64,000 nt of DNA from Pristiophorus japonicus (taxonomy: Eukaryota). Below, in pieces: positions 1-13,074 of this stretch. Where the stretch lies: the NCBI RefSeq assembly GCF_044704955.1, contig NC_091980.1:50964001-51028000 (forward strand), given 5' to 3'. The notes beneath the pieces were generated by a model that saw nothing but the letters and a program-made list of their open reading frames with translations, did not search any database and was not told the DNA's origin. The position numbers and the translations under genes were made by a program. Position 1 is the stretch's first letter, and the number at the start of each line of letters is the position of its first letter.

Positions 1-500
1 AAGTCAGGAGTGTGATAGAATATTCTCTACTTGCCTGGATGAGTGCAGCTCCAACAACACTCGAAGCTCGACACCATCCAGGACAAAGCAGCCCGCTTGA
101 TTGGCACCCCATCCATCACCTTTAACATTCACTCCCTCCACCACCAGTGCACCGTGGCTGCAGTGTATACAATCATAAGATGCACTGCAGCAACTCGCCA
201 CGGCTTCTTCGGCAGCATCTCCCAAACTTGCGACCCCTACCACCTAGAAGGACAAGGGCCTGCATCTACAAATTCCCCTCCAAGTTGCACACCATCCTGA
301 CTTGGAAATATATTACCGTCCCTTCATCGTCGCTGGGTCAAAATCCTGGAACTCACTCCATAATAGCACAGTGGAGTACCTCCACCACAAGGACTGCAGC
401 AGTTCAAGAAGGTGGCTCACCACCACCTTCTCCAGGGCAATTAGGGATGGGCAATAAATGCTGGCCTTGCCAGCGATGCCCACATCCCGAAACAAATAAT
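1..500 (+). mobile_element. 3' end of a non-LTR retrotransposon (LINE family B, CR1/L2 group), degraded
   Basis: End-of-ORF2 residues (LDTIQDKAARLIG...SLHH) followed by a 3' UTR ending GGGCAATAAATGCTGGCC...AAATAA. The same family recurs at 32800-33722 and 43880-45035. Confidence 0.75.
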
Positions 501-1177
501 TTAAAATATGCACCAAGCAATTAGAGTGCATATGAGGCTTTTAGTGGGGTGATAATTTGCACGACTGTAGTGCACATTCTTACAAGTACATTAGCTGCCG
601 ATTCCTCATCTTATCTGTCAGAATAATGTAATTAAACTTTGTGCGGCACTGAGATGCTATTTAGGATGCGCTCGCTGCCTTGGCCACCTCCCTGCCACTG
701 TTGCTGCCCTGCTCTCTTTTAGGGCGCACATCTTTCTGCCCCAAACAGTGCGGCCCTCCTCGGCCTAACTTTGTGGAGAACCTCTTTCACAGAACGGGGG
801 GGGCTCTCCTGCAGATCTTATTAACAGTTTGAGTTATGCTGCCACAAGGTTTATTGGTGTGTTGGCCACTTTAAACTGTTGGAGACATTTAAATCCTGTA
901 GCAGCATACACATTCCTACCCATCCCCTCCAAATGGTGAGCTCCCAATCAGAAGCAATATTATTGTCGGGGGCTCCCCAGGATTGCTAAAATTACACTGA
1001 ATCTGGAAACTACTGGGATCACCCCACTTGAGTTTAGATAGGCACGAATGCCGCCTTGCCATTATTCTGCCCGAGCAGAAAATCTAAGCTTGGGTGTCAG
1101 AAGTTTTACATTGCCTAGCAGTGACAACCCACTCACCCTGATGACCACAATATTCAGCAGAAAAATTAAATATTTTA

Positions 1178-4100
1178 TAGAAACATAGAAAATAGTGCAG
1201 GAGTAGGTCATTCAGCCCTTCGAGCCTGCACCACCATTCGATAAGATCATGGCTGATCATTCCCTCAGTACCCCTTTCCTGCTTTCTCTCCCTACCCCTT
1301 GATCCCTTTAGTCATAAGGGCCATATCTAACTCCCTCTTGAATATATCCAATGAATTGGCTTCAACAACTCTCTGCGGTCGGGAATTCCACAGGTTAACA
1401 ACTCTCCGAGTGAAGAAGTTTCTCCTCATCTCAGTTCTAAATGGCCTACCCCTTATCCTAAGACTATGTCCCCTGGTTCTGGACTTCCCGCATATAATCT
1501 GTCCAATCCTGTCAGAATTTTATATGTTTCTATGAGATCCCCTCTCATCCTTCTAAACTCCAGTATATAAAGGCCCAGTTGATCCAGTCTCTCCTCGTAT
1601 GTCAGTCCAACCATCCCAGGAATCAATCTGGTGAACCTTCGCTGCACTCCCTCAATAGCAAGAACGTCCTTCCTCAGATGAGGAGACCAAAACTGAACAC
1701 AATATTCCAGGTGAGGCCTCACCAAGGCACTGTACAACTGCAGTAAGACCTCCCTGCTCCTATGCTCAAATCCCCTAGCTATGAAGGCCAACATACCATT
1801 TGCCTTCTTCACCGCCTGCTGTACCTGCATGCCAACTGTCAATGACTGATGAAGCATGACACCCAGGTCTTGTAGCACCTCCCCAATCTGCCGCCATTCA
1901 GATAATATTCTGCCTTCGTGTTTTTGCCCCCAAAGTGGATAACATCACATTTATCCACATTATACTGCATCTACCATGCATTTGCCCACTCACCTAACCT
2001 GTCCAAGTCACCCTGCAGCCTCTTAGCGTCCTCCTCACAGCTCATACCGCCACCCAGTTTAGTGTCATCTGCAAACTTGGAGATATTACACTCAATTCCT
2101 TAATCTAAATCATTAATATCATTAATGTATATTGTAAAAAGCTGGGGTCCCAGCACTGAGCTCTGCGGCACCCCACTAGTCACTGCCTGCCATTCTGAAA
2201 AGGATCCGTTTATCCCGACTCTCTGCTTCCTGTCTGCCAACCAGTTCTCTATCCACGTCAGTACATTACCCCCAATACCATGTGCTTTGATTTTACACAC
2301 CAATCTCTTGTGTGGGACCTTGTCAAAAGCCTTTTGAAAGTCCAAAGACACCACATCCACTGGTTCTCCCTTGTCCACTCTACTAGTTACATCCTCAAAA
2401 AAATTCCAGAAGTTTTGTCAAGCATGATTTCCCTTTCATAAATCCATGCTGACTTGGACCGATCCTGTCACTGCTTTCCAAATGTGCTGCTATTTCATCT
2501 TTAATAATTGATTCCAACATTTTCCCCACGACTGATGTCAGGCTAGCCGGTCTATACTTACCCGTTTTCTCTCCCTTTTTTTAAAAGTGGTGTTACATTA
2601 GCTACCCTCCAGACCATAGGAACTGATCCAGAGTCGATAGACTGTTGGAAAATGATCACCAATGCATCCACTATTTCTATGGCCACTTCCTTAAGTACTC
2701 TAGGATGCAGACTATCAGCCCCCGGGGATTTATCGGCCTTCAATCCCATCAATTTCCCTAACACAATTTCCCGCCCAATAAGGATATCCTTCAGTTCCTC
2801 CTCCTCACTAGACCCTCGGTCCCCTAGTACTTCCGGAAGGTTATTTGTGTCTTCCTTCATGAATACAGAACCAAAGTATTTGTCAGTCATTTCTTTCTTC
2901 CCCATTATAAATTCACCTGAATCTGACTGCAAGGGACCTACATTTGTCTTCACTAATCTTTTTCTCTTCACATATCTATAGAAGCTTTTGCAGTCAGTTT
3001 TTATGTTCCAAGCAAGCTTCCTCTCATACTCTATTTTCCCCCTCCTAATTAAAACCTTTGTCCTCCTCTGCTGAATTCTAAATTTCTCCCAGTCCTCAGG
3101 TTTGCTGCTTTTTCTGGCCAATTTATATGCCTCTTCCTTGGATTTAACACTATCCTTAATTTCCCTAGTTATCCATGGTTGAGCCACCTTCCCCGTTTTA
3201 TTTTTACTCCAAACAGGGACGTACAATTGTTGAAGCTCATCCAAGTGATCTTTAAATCTTTGCCATTGCCTATCCACCGTCAACCCTTTAAGTATTCTTT
3301 GCCAGTCTATTCTGGCCAATTCACGCCTCATACCATCGAAGTTACCTTTCCTTAAGTTCAGGACCCTAGTTTCTGAATTAACTGTCACTCTCCATCTTAA
3401 TAAGGAATTCTACCATATTATGGTCACTCTTCCCCAAGGGGCCTTGCACAACAAGATTGCTAATTAGTCCCTTCTCATTACACATCACCCAGTCTAGGAA
3501 GGCCAGCCCTCTAGTTGGTTCCTCAACATATTGGTCTAGAAAACCATCCCTAATACACTCCAGGAAATCCTCCTCCACCGTATTGTTACCAGTTTGGTTA
3601 GCCCAATCTATATGTAAATTAATGTTGCCCATGATAACTGCTGTACCTTTATTGCACATGTCCCTAATTTCTTGTTTGATGCTGTCCCCAACCTCACTAC
3701 TACTGTTTGGTGGTCTGTACACAACTCCAACTAGCGTTTTCTGCCCTTTGGTATTCCGCAGCTCCACCCATACGGATTCCACATCATCCTTCCTTACTAT
3801 TGCGTTCATTTCCTCTTTAACCAGCAACGCTACCCCACCTCCATTTCCTTTCTGTCTATTCTTCCTGAATGTTGAATGTTGAATACCACTGGATGTTGAG
3901 TTCCCAACCTTGGTCACCCTGGAGCCTTGTCTCCGTGATGCCAATTATATCATATTCATTAATTGCTGCCTCTGCAGTTAATTCATCCACCTTATTACGA
4001 ATACACCTTGCATTGAGGCCCAGAGCCTTCAGGCTTGTCTTTTTAACACACTTTGCCCTTTTGGAATTTTGCTGTAATGTGACCCTTTTTGATTTTTGCC

Positions 4101-5175
4101 CTGGGTTTCTCTGCCCTCCACTTTTTCTTTCCTTCTTTCTATCTTTTGCTTCTGCCCCCATTCTACTACCCTCTGACTCCCTGCTTAGTTTCCCATCCCC
4201 CTGCCACATTAGTTTAACCCCTCCCCAACAGCACTAGCAAACACTCCCCCTAGGACATTGGTTCCGGTCCTGCCCAGGTGCAGACCGTCCGGTTTTTACT
4301 GGTCCCACCTCCCCCAGAACCGGTTCCAATGTCCCAGGAATTTGAATCTCTCCCTTCTGCACCACTCCTCAAGCCACGTATTAATCTGAGCTATCCTACG
4401 ATTCCTACTCTGACTAGCATGCGGCACTGGTCGCAATCCTGAGATTACTACCTTTTGAGGTCCTACTTTTTAATTTAACTCCTAGCTCGCTAAATTCATC
4501 TTGTAGGACGTCATCCTGTTTTTTTACCTATATATCATTGGTACCTATATGCACTACGACAACTGGCTGTTCACCCTCCCGCTCCAAAATGTCCTGTAAC
4601 CGCTCCGAGACATCCTTGACCCTTGCACCAGGGAGGCAACATGCCATCCTGGAGTCTCGATTGCGGCCGCAGAAACACCTATCTATTTCCCTACCACTAA
4701 AGCTTTCCTGTCCTCCTGTGCAGCAGAGCCACCCACGGTGCCATGGACTTGGCTGCTGTTGCCCTGCTCTGATTCATCCCCCCCCCCCCCGCCTCCCAAG
4801 CAATACCCAAAACGATGTATCTGTTTTGGAGGGGGATGACCACAGGGGACTTCCGTACTACCTTCCTTCCACTGCTCTTCCTGTTGGTCATCCATTATCT
4901 GTCTGTGTAACCTTTACCTGCGGTCTGACCAACTCACTAAACGTGCTATTCACAATATCCTCAGCATCGCGGATGCTCCAGATTGAATCCACCCGCAGCT
5001 CCAGTGCCGCAATGCGGTCTGTCAGGAACTGTAGCAGGATACACTTCCCGCACATGTAGTCATCAGAAACACTGGAAGCATCCCTGAGTTCCCACATAGC
5101 ACAGCAGGAGCATGGCACATGTCCGAGCTCTCCTGCCATGACTTAACCCCTAGATTAACTTAATTTGGCACAACA
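1178..5175 (-). mobile_element. Near full-length CR1 LINE with frameshifts and stops: ORF1 (zinc finger + SGNH esterase) and ORF2 (APE + RT)
   Basis: ORF1 CSCCAMWE...YMCGKC and an esterase DGLHL motif near 4280. APE motifs GITET, GGGVAL, GVVYRPP, SDHNM. RT motifs LDFQKAFDKVPH, SGVPQ-SVLGP-LF-IYIND, RPHLEYCVQFW. (CTATGTTT)n-type tail at ~1178. Confidence 0.93.
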
Positions 5176-6107
5176 ACGATAAAGGTTACCTACTGATAAG
5201 GACGTTAGTGAACCAGATGGGGTTTTATGACAATCCGGTAGATTATGTTCTTCTATTGCCTACTGTATTTCAAGCGACACCCAAAAACATGATTTAGCAC
5301 AAATGCTCACTTGTACAAACCAAGCAGAATAGCACACAGTTTAAATGGAAGGGTCAGTAACATTACTTCAGTCACATCCTTTTTGTGTTGGTCACTCAAA
5401 TTAGTTAAACCTTCCTAAAAATAGACATTTTACTATTATGACAAAGGGATACTTTGTGGGCACGCCTTACACTTTTCTACCTATTCTTTGATATTTTCAC
5501 TGTCTCTTATCGGAATATCTATGCAAAATTAAAAACCTTAAAAAAAAGCGATCGTGCTGCCAAGGTCACATGTATTGCCTATCTGTAGTTGCCCTAAGAA
5601 GATGATGCTGAATGCACCATCTTGAACTGCTGTAGTCATTGTAGTGATAATACTATCCATTGTAACCATCACAAATGCATGAACCATAATAATTCATAAA
5701 CAATTAACTGTTTCACACATTTGGGGTGGTTACAATGGTTGCTGCAATGTTTGTTTTCTAAATAGTTCCCCTTTTGAGTCCCAGCAAAGTTCAGTTGAAA
5801 AACAGGTGAAACTGCAGACGTTTTGCAATTGAAAGACTTTTTGCAAAGATTTTTTTATCATTGATATTTGATGTAATATGCAGCAAAAATGTAAATTAAT
5901 TTTTCAAAAAATTAATTTAGGAAATTTTTTTTTGCACAAATTTTAAATGAGAATTTGGCTTTATATATTCCTGGTTCAGAAAGTATAATAAGTCGACTAA
6001 ATATCAAAGTTCCATCAATAAATGTTAAACCTGTGACCGTTTATAATACTTTTATAATAACGCTCAAATTTATAAAACATATATTTACTGGGAACAAGTG
6101 ACCAATT

Positions 6108-6545
6108 TAAAAAAAAAAAAAAATAATAATTCATGGGATGTGGACGTCACTGGTAAGACCAACATTTATTGCCCATCCTTACTTGCACTTGAGAAGATGG
6201 TGGTGAGCCACCTTCTTGAACCGCTGCAGTCCATATGGTGATGCTTCTTTGTAGCAATTTGGTACAGGACAGTTAAGAGTCAACCACTTTGCTGTGGTTG
6301 CTCAGTCACATATGGGCCAGATCAGGTAAGGATGGCGGATTTCCTTCTTTAAAGGACGTTGGTGAACCAGATGGGGTTTTACGACAATCCGGTAGATTCA
6401 AGATTCATTCTAGCTTGTTGTTCTAGATTTATTTATTTAATTAATTGAATTTAACTTCCTCTGCTGCCGTGGTGGGATTTGAACTCATGTTTCTGGATCA
6501 TTAGTTCAGTCCTCTAGATTACTTGTCCAGTAACATAGCCACGTT
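6108..6545 (-). mobile_element. tRNA-derived SINE with a LINE-family-B-derived 3' tail
   Basis: Minus strand has a B-box-like GAGTTCAAATCCCACC near 6470-6487. 6130-6240 is the reverse complement of the LINE 3' end at 380-490. A related copy lies at 43615-43830. Confidence 0.65.
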
Positions 6546-7310
6546 CCTGTTACCCTCGAATTAGAGCAATTGAAAGTACAGTATTTCGTATTTAAACCTG
6601 ACTAGATCTAACAATGTGCTTTATGTAGAGGTTTCAGATCATTTAAGAACAGACTTTTAACCTTTCCCTAGTGTAAGTAATGCCAAATAAGGTGCTGCAT
6701 TTTTATTCTGTTTTGATGACGTTGGCTTTTTTTGCCAGTTCTCAATCATCTCTAATATATTCAAAAATTGACATAAAACAACATCTATTTATACTTCAGT
6801 GGTAAGGGATTAATCATCCCAATAATCTAACCTGCATATTTGGTAGTGGACCCAAACACTATGCATCATAGAGCAGATGGAAGGGAGAAGAGTAGGAAGA
6901 TGGATATAATTAAAGATGTCAGAAGAGACTTGCACTCTGAAGAAAAATAATTTCTGATAGGTCCACGTAGATGTTAAGTAGGGTGAGAGAGTAAATAGGA
7001 CTACCAAAGTTTGTTGCTGACAAATATTGAGTCCAGTTTCTGTACATGCCTCTAATGGGGCACTTAAATGATATATCATGGATTAGTGCATAGTGTTTTT
7101 CATATCCCACTACAAGGTGAGCAGTGTGACTGCAGGATAAATCTGCGGAATCACTTCTGTTTTGGTGTTTTTCTACATCACCTTTGATTGGTTGGAATAT
7201 AATCACAACTGGCATGAAACCAGATTCGAATATTTCAGGTAGTCTTTTGAAATGCCCTTAACCCTAAACTGTTAAGTTTTTAAAGGTAGAAAATAACTGG
7301 TGAGATCAAT

Positions 7311-8480
7311 GGGGTAATTTTAATCCCAAAAACGGGTGGGTTGAGGTCAGGTCAGATGTAAAAATGTTTTAAATCTCAAACGCGACTCTAACCCGCGCAC
7401 TTCCAGGTTCTTGCTATTGAGGGAGTGCAGCGAAGGTTCATCAGACTGATTCCAGGGATGGCTGGACTGACATATGAGGAGAGACGGGATCAAGTGGGCC
7501 TTTATACACTGGAGTTTAGAAGGATGAGAGGGGATCTCATAGAAATGTATAAGATTCTGACGGGACGGGACAGGTTAGATGTGGGAAGAATGTTCCCGAT
7601 GTTGGGGAAGTCCAGAACCAGGGGACACAGTCTTAGGAGAAGGGGTAAGCCATTTAGGACTGAGATGAGGAGAAACTTCTTCACTCAGAATTGTTAACCT
7701 GTGGAATTCCCTGCCGCAGAGAGCCGTTGATGCCAGTTCATTGGATATATTCAAGAGGGAGTTAGATGTGGCCCTTACGGCTAAAGGGATCAAGGGGTAT
7801 GGAGAGAAAGTGGAAAGGGGTACTGAGGTGAATGATCAGCCATGATCATATTGAATGGTGGTGCAGGCTCGAAGGGCCGAATGGCCTACTCCTGCACCTA
7901 TTTTTCTATGTTTTTATGTTTCTATGTTAACAGAGGTGGGACAGGGGGCGGGCAGCCAACCGCTCCCAGGAGGTGGTGGGTTGGCCATTTAGGCTGAGAG
8001 CCTCACTTTTAATCTTACAGGTTTAACCTTGTCTGGCTGGGTTTCCCAGGCAGCTTAAAGGAGGCGAGGACTGCCTCGGGCAAAGGTTAAGTGCCCTTAC
8101 ATCACTGCTTGGGGCCCAGGAGCAACAGGAATGCTTCCCCCCATCCCAGGCTGGCTGCATCTTTGCCAACGGATCCCCGCCCCCTCCCTCACTCTGGACT
8201 ACGGAGCGGACTCCCCTGCTCCGGGTTCGGGGATCGGACCCACCCAGCTCCCACTAGCAGCAGCAGGCTCTCAACCAGCTCCTGCAGCGTTCCCTGCCCA
8301 ACTTGGGAGACAAGCCTGTCAATCAGACTAATTTCCAGCAGGGGCGAGATCCTGTTGAAAAAGAAAGACGCATGCTTTGAAGTCAAAACCCCACAGCATA
8401 TGGGGCAATCCTGACCAAAACCTCTCTTCTCTCCATCTCCCCGTGCTGAGAAAACCTGCCGTTGTCAATTTCGGGGCCCA
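7311..8480. mobile_element. GC-rich MITE-like element (probably Harbinger-derived), interrupted by a CR1 fragment
   Basis: Ends GGGGTAATTTT... and ...AATTTCGGGGCCCC are loosely inverted. GC-rich island within an AT-rich intron. Confidence 0.4.
7410..7926 (+). mobile_element. 5'-truncated CR1 fragment
   Basis: QRRFIRLIPGM...TRGHSL...RRNFFTQ followed by a CTATGTTT tail. Confidence 0.9.
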
Positions 8481-8709
8481 TCTCTTTTCTACTTCTTAAA
8501 TTTCACCAGTTAATGCAGGTAGTTGACCAGATCTCTATGAATGCTTTTAAGTACATGCGCACAGGCCTCTGCTTGCCTGATTTAAAAAGTAGTGCGATGG
8601 CCAGTGTAACTCCCATACTGTCTACTTGCCCTACTACAAAAATAGTAGCAGTGTCAAACCAGCACCTGCAGCACAATTGCATGAGTCTAAACTTGTATTT
8701 TATGTTTAG

Positions 8710-8935
8710 CTTTGGCTCTGGCTCCGATTACAAGAATCGACAATTTCTCCGACTCAAGTCACAGTGAAATCTCATCGCGCTCCAGCATTGTCAGCAATTG
8801 CTCTGTTGACTCCATGTGTGCTGCGATGCAGGATGAGAGATGTTTTCCGCCATCCCTCAGTATCCCCGATACAGTGGAAGCAGCTGGAGGGAGAAACGTG
8901 CAATCGACAGCCAGATCTGTGCAATCCTACACAAG
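8710..8935 (+). CDS. RAPGEF6: Rap guanine nucleotide exchange factor 6, internal exon (phase 1 to 2)
   Basis: Acceptor tatgtttag|CT and donor ACAAG|gtaag. Encodes DNFSDSSHSEISSRSSIVSNCSVDSMCAAMQDERC, matching the RAPGEF6 C-terminal region as I recall it. Confidence 0.9.
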
Positions 8936-11008
8936 GTAAGATGGCAGTCATCATGTAGTGGGATTTACTTGAAATTGGATATGCAGTATTTATCGTATTA
9001 ACAGGAATAGCATTAAATGGCAATTCAATGCTTTCAGTTACATTGCTGGGAGTCGATGTGGACCATAAAAAAGTTTTCATGATTTAGGACTGCACATTTG
9101 TTCAAATGTTCAAGGAGAAAAATACTTCAGTAAATCTTAGCTACTCAACGAAGCCTGGCTGTTTTATTAATAAGAATTTGAGAATGTAATTACTGCTGTA
9201 GCCCAAATGATTAATAGCAACTCCAGCATGCAACAGTAATAGTAAAATGAATAATTAAATCTTTCATCTTGGGTTAGTGGTGCTCCGTTATTGTTGATGG
9301 TCTTTTTTGCTACTATTTTAATAGATTGACTTCTTTATTGCTTTATTTGTAATAACGTAGATCCTTCCAAAATAATTCAGATTTGTTTTGTAATTTCCAC
9401 CCTGTTCTGTTCTCTCATTTGTATTTTTATAATCATTTGCATTTTTGCAAACTAATAGGAATTTATTAACATAAGCTGCTTGCCAGACAGTATAGGTCAA
9501 TATTTTTCGAGATCCTGTATCATTATGCATCACTGCGAGGTAGCAGCAGCAGATGATGAAAAAATAAGTTGTGTAAAACACTGGGTGGGTGACAGAGTAT
9601 TCCTGGCAGTGACTCTAGCGAGGCTCGAGGAACCAATAGCTTCCCTTGTTTCATTCTCGTACTTTATGATCTCATCTGAATTCTGCGCTTAGTTTACTAT
9701 TTTGTAATACACTCCCATTTGTCATGTAGGCTTTACTTGTGTTTAGTGTGGCTTTTGCCTTCATCGAGCTGCATTTAAAAAGTTGGCGGAAGATTCTTTT
9801 TGTAAACTGCCCATTCCGAGTGTGCGTCCTATTTTACCATGTTTGGAATTATAAAACATTTGGAGGTGGCCTTTTTTTTTGTAAACTGGCTATTTCGGGT
9901 CACTTGAAGTCACCATTGTATCACTCTCCAGCCTTTCATTCAAAAATAATTTCAAGAAAAAGTCAAATTTTTCATAGATAAAAAACAGTTGTGGAATGAT
10001 ACTTTATGCAATGTAAACCATTCTAGCTATGCCCATTGTAAACAGCTTGTATTTGGGGTTGGTTTATTTTGCTTATCGTTTGTCTACTCTGCATTACTAT
10101 TAATGAGTTTGTTGTCTTTGAAAATAGATGTAATGAATGGTCTGAGTGTCTAGTAACTGGTCCCATTTATCTGTATTTGAATGTAGTTAAGGAATAGAAT
10201 ATCTTATGTCATTGATGTTCATAGTCATATTCGTAAAGTTGCTCATGTTCAATCTGTCTATTGCAATAGAATTAATTGTACAACACGACCACCATCGCAT
10301 TTGACATCTACATGAGCATATTGGTGGACAGAATTGTGATCATTTCATCCCTATTCTTCAAAACATTATATAAATCTCAGATACTAGCTTGCACCTCTGT
10401 GTAACTCGCTCTTCTGTACTTATTGGGGTTCAAAGGGATATCAAATATAGAGTGTACACCAGATTTCATAACAGAAATGTTACAATGGCGTAGTAGTGGC
10501 AGTGATATTTAGAGATTTGTGTAAAAGAAGTTACTGAGACAATGGAAGGAGACCAAATTATGGCTTTGGTTTTGCCCCTTTCTGAACAAAGTCAGATTCA
10601 AAATGAGTTCTCTAGCATTGTCATTCATCAATGCAGTACACATAACTAAATGCATATACCAACATTGTCTGTATTAATGGACCAGCAGTTGCCCTGTCAT
10701 GTAGATTAAAATAATCTTAGTGAAATATATCAGAGTGTAATTTTAACATTGTGTTTTTCAACAATGATCAGTAGCAAATATCTATTTTAAATCATTTCAT
10801 TCACATCAAAGCTAGACTTCTAACGTTCCCCCTTCCCCTTACAAGATATTGCTTGAGTGAGGGGAGAGTTATTCACTCTGAAAATTTGCAGAAACATCAA
10901 AACTCTTAGGGCATCTGGGTTTTAGCCATAGAAGGTTAATCAACAACGCAGCTAAAGATTGGTCAACCATAGGCTAAATAATAGTGACACATTTGTTTTC
11001 CCCTTCAG

Positions 11009-11565
11009 TTCTTCTGTAATTTTAAGTACTGAAAAGCGAGGGTGCCTGGTTATGGATACAGCAGTTACATCTTCAAGTAATGAAGAGTTGGCCCGCGAAC
11101 ACAATGATCACATCTCAATTGATGCAGCGGACAGTGGCCGTGGAAGCTGGACTTCCTGCTCCAGCAACTCCCATGACAACATCCAGACAATCCAAAATCA
11201 GAAAAGCTGGGACCTACTAAATGCATCTAAATATACTCATACTTTAGATGGACCAATTGCAGAAATTGAACTGACACACTGTTGGACCACAGGCTGTCAC
11301 TTGTACTCTGGAGGCCTGACTAAAACCACTAGTCCGATTCAGTCTAAAGACACCATTGAATGTGTTCATTCCAGGGAAAGCTGGATGTCTTCAACAAATT
11401 CACATTTGGACAAGTTTGAAACGGACTGTGGGACCGTAAAACGAATAGGCTTGCACGAGACTACAGCTGAAGCACCTGGACGCAGTGCAAGCGTTATAAA
11501 CTCTAAGCCAAACATTGATGCCTCTTGCAAAGCTGTTACTTCAAGCACAGAAAAGGGTCTTATAG
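11009..11565 (+). CDS. RAPGEF6: RAPGEF6 internal exon (phase 2 to 1)
   Basis: Acceptor ccccttcag|T and donor ATAG|gtaag. Encodes DAADSGRGSWTSCSSNSHDN (DSGxxS degron), KSWDLLN, GTVKR and TSSTEKGLI. Confidence 0.92.
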
Positions 11566-11809
11566 GTAAGAGAAATTGCATGTAAATATCTTGCATTTAC
11601 AATGTATTTTAATTTAAATTAGTTATGAAATAACAGCAACAGGTGCAGAATTTAGAGTGCTCCTGTAGTGAACCCGATTTCAAATGTTTTATCATCCTCA
11701 GTTATTAAATGATTGCATTACTAAAGATTTTGTTAGACTTGGAAGCATTAAGTTACTGAAAAGAATATTTGATACAATAGCATGTATTTGGGGTGCAAGA
11801 GATATTTAT

Positions 11810-12838
11810 GGCCCAGAATTTATGATCCTGATGACCGCGAACTAGCAGCGTTTGACGTCATTTCGCCTTTGAAAGTGACCACAACTTCAGAATTTAATGC
11901 TTGCACAGCCTAATGCGGAAATCCTGAAATTGTGGTCTATCATTCACTACTCCTCCACAGACTGTGCTGTGCCCCGTCCCACAGAGCCGAATCAGTGAAA
12001 TCTCTGAAATCATGGAAACTGGAGAAATCATCAGCTCTTCCACAGGAGCTACGCAGTTAAATACCCCAATAAAAATTGGAACCAAAGGGATTAGGTGTAA
12101 CTGGGGTTTTAACAGCGTTTTGATTGCTTATTGACTGCTAAAACAAATTTTAATTTTGTGCAGCGCCAAATTTATCGAAGAAAAATTTTAAATTTTTTTT
12201 GTTCATCTTTATTTCAGGTTTGCCTTTTCCCCATGTAAGAGTCCCAATCTTTGTTTTGATCTCTAACATTTTTTAAAAGTTAGAATTTTAAAAGCTTAAG
12301 CAATTCCTGGTTCGCTGTCTGTAAGAATTCTGCATTTTGATTGGCTGTTTAGACAGCTTGTTAACGTCACAGCAGCTCGCACTATGGGCTTCCCACTATA
12401 AAAACATAGAAAATAGGTGCAGGAGTAGGCCATTCAGTCTTTTGAGCGTGCGCCACCATTCAATATGATCATGGCTGATCATGCAACTTCAGTACCCCAT
12501 TCCTGCTTCCTCTCCATACCCCTGATCCCTTTAGCCGTAAGGGCCACATCTAACTCCCTTTTGAATATATCTAATAAACTGGCCTCAACAACTTTCTGTG
12601 GTAGAGAATTCCACAGGTTCACAACTCTCTGAGTGAAGAAGTTTCTCCTCATCTTGGTCCTAAATGGCTTACCCCTTATCCTTAGACTGTGACCCCTGGT
12701 TCTGGACTACGTTGATTTGAATTACATGTTGGAAAACCCAAACTTCTTGGCACGGAAATCGCAAGATGTCTGTGTGAAGCTTATTTTGGGGCCAGTGGCG
12801 AATGTCTTTCCTTCACTGCTGATCACAAATTCCGGGAC
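11810..12838. mobile_element. Non-autonomous DNA transposon (Harbinger-like MITE), interrupted by CR1
   Basis: Terminal inverted repeats GGCCCAGAATTTATGATC and GATCACAAATTCCGGGAC. Confidence 0.6.
12402..12709 (-). mobile_element. CR1 3' fragment
   Basis: Closely similar to 1180-1487, with the AAACATAGAAAATAGG tail. Confidence 0.9.
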
Positions 12839-13074
12839 AATATAATTTAGCAGTAGATGACTGGCAGTAAAGTACAGGGCGGTAATTCATACGTGAGGGA
12901 AAATTTATCTCATAGTGATCATAATATGATCAAGTGTAACATAGTGTTTGTAAGGGAGAAACGCAAAACGGCTACTTAGATTCTAGATTTAGATAGGGCT
13001 GACAATGCGATGAAACAGAGACTGTCAACAGTAAACTGGGCAAATCTGTTAATCGGTAAAACAACAGATGATCA

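Noticed and set aside
1178-5175. Active or intact CR1
   Set aside because: ORF1 and ORF2 are broken by several frameshifts, stops and small deletions.
6460-6545. tRNA gene
   Set aside because: Only a degenerate B-box-like head attached to a SINE body, with no cloverleaf. The same applies at ~29320-29365 and ~43750-43830.
6790-7300. Possible alternative terminal exon of RAPGEF6
   Set aside because: The candidate acceptor (acttcag|TG) hits a stop after four codons, and I see no similarity to known isoforms.
9440-10400. UTR-like, repeat-free intronic tract as an alternative last exon
   Set aside because: The acceptor is weak, it adds only RNLLT*, and there is no clear poly(A) signal. It cannot be supported without RNA data.
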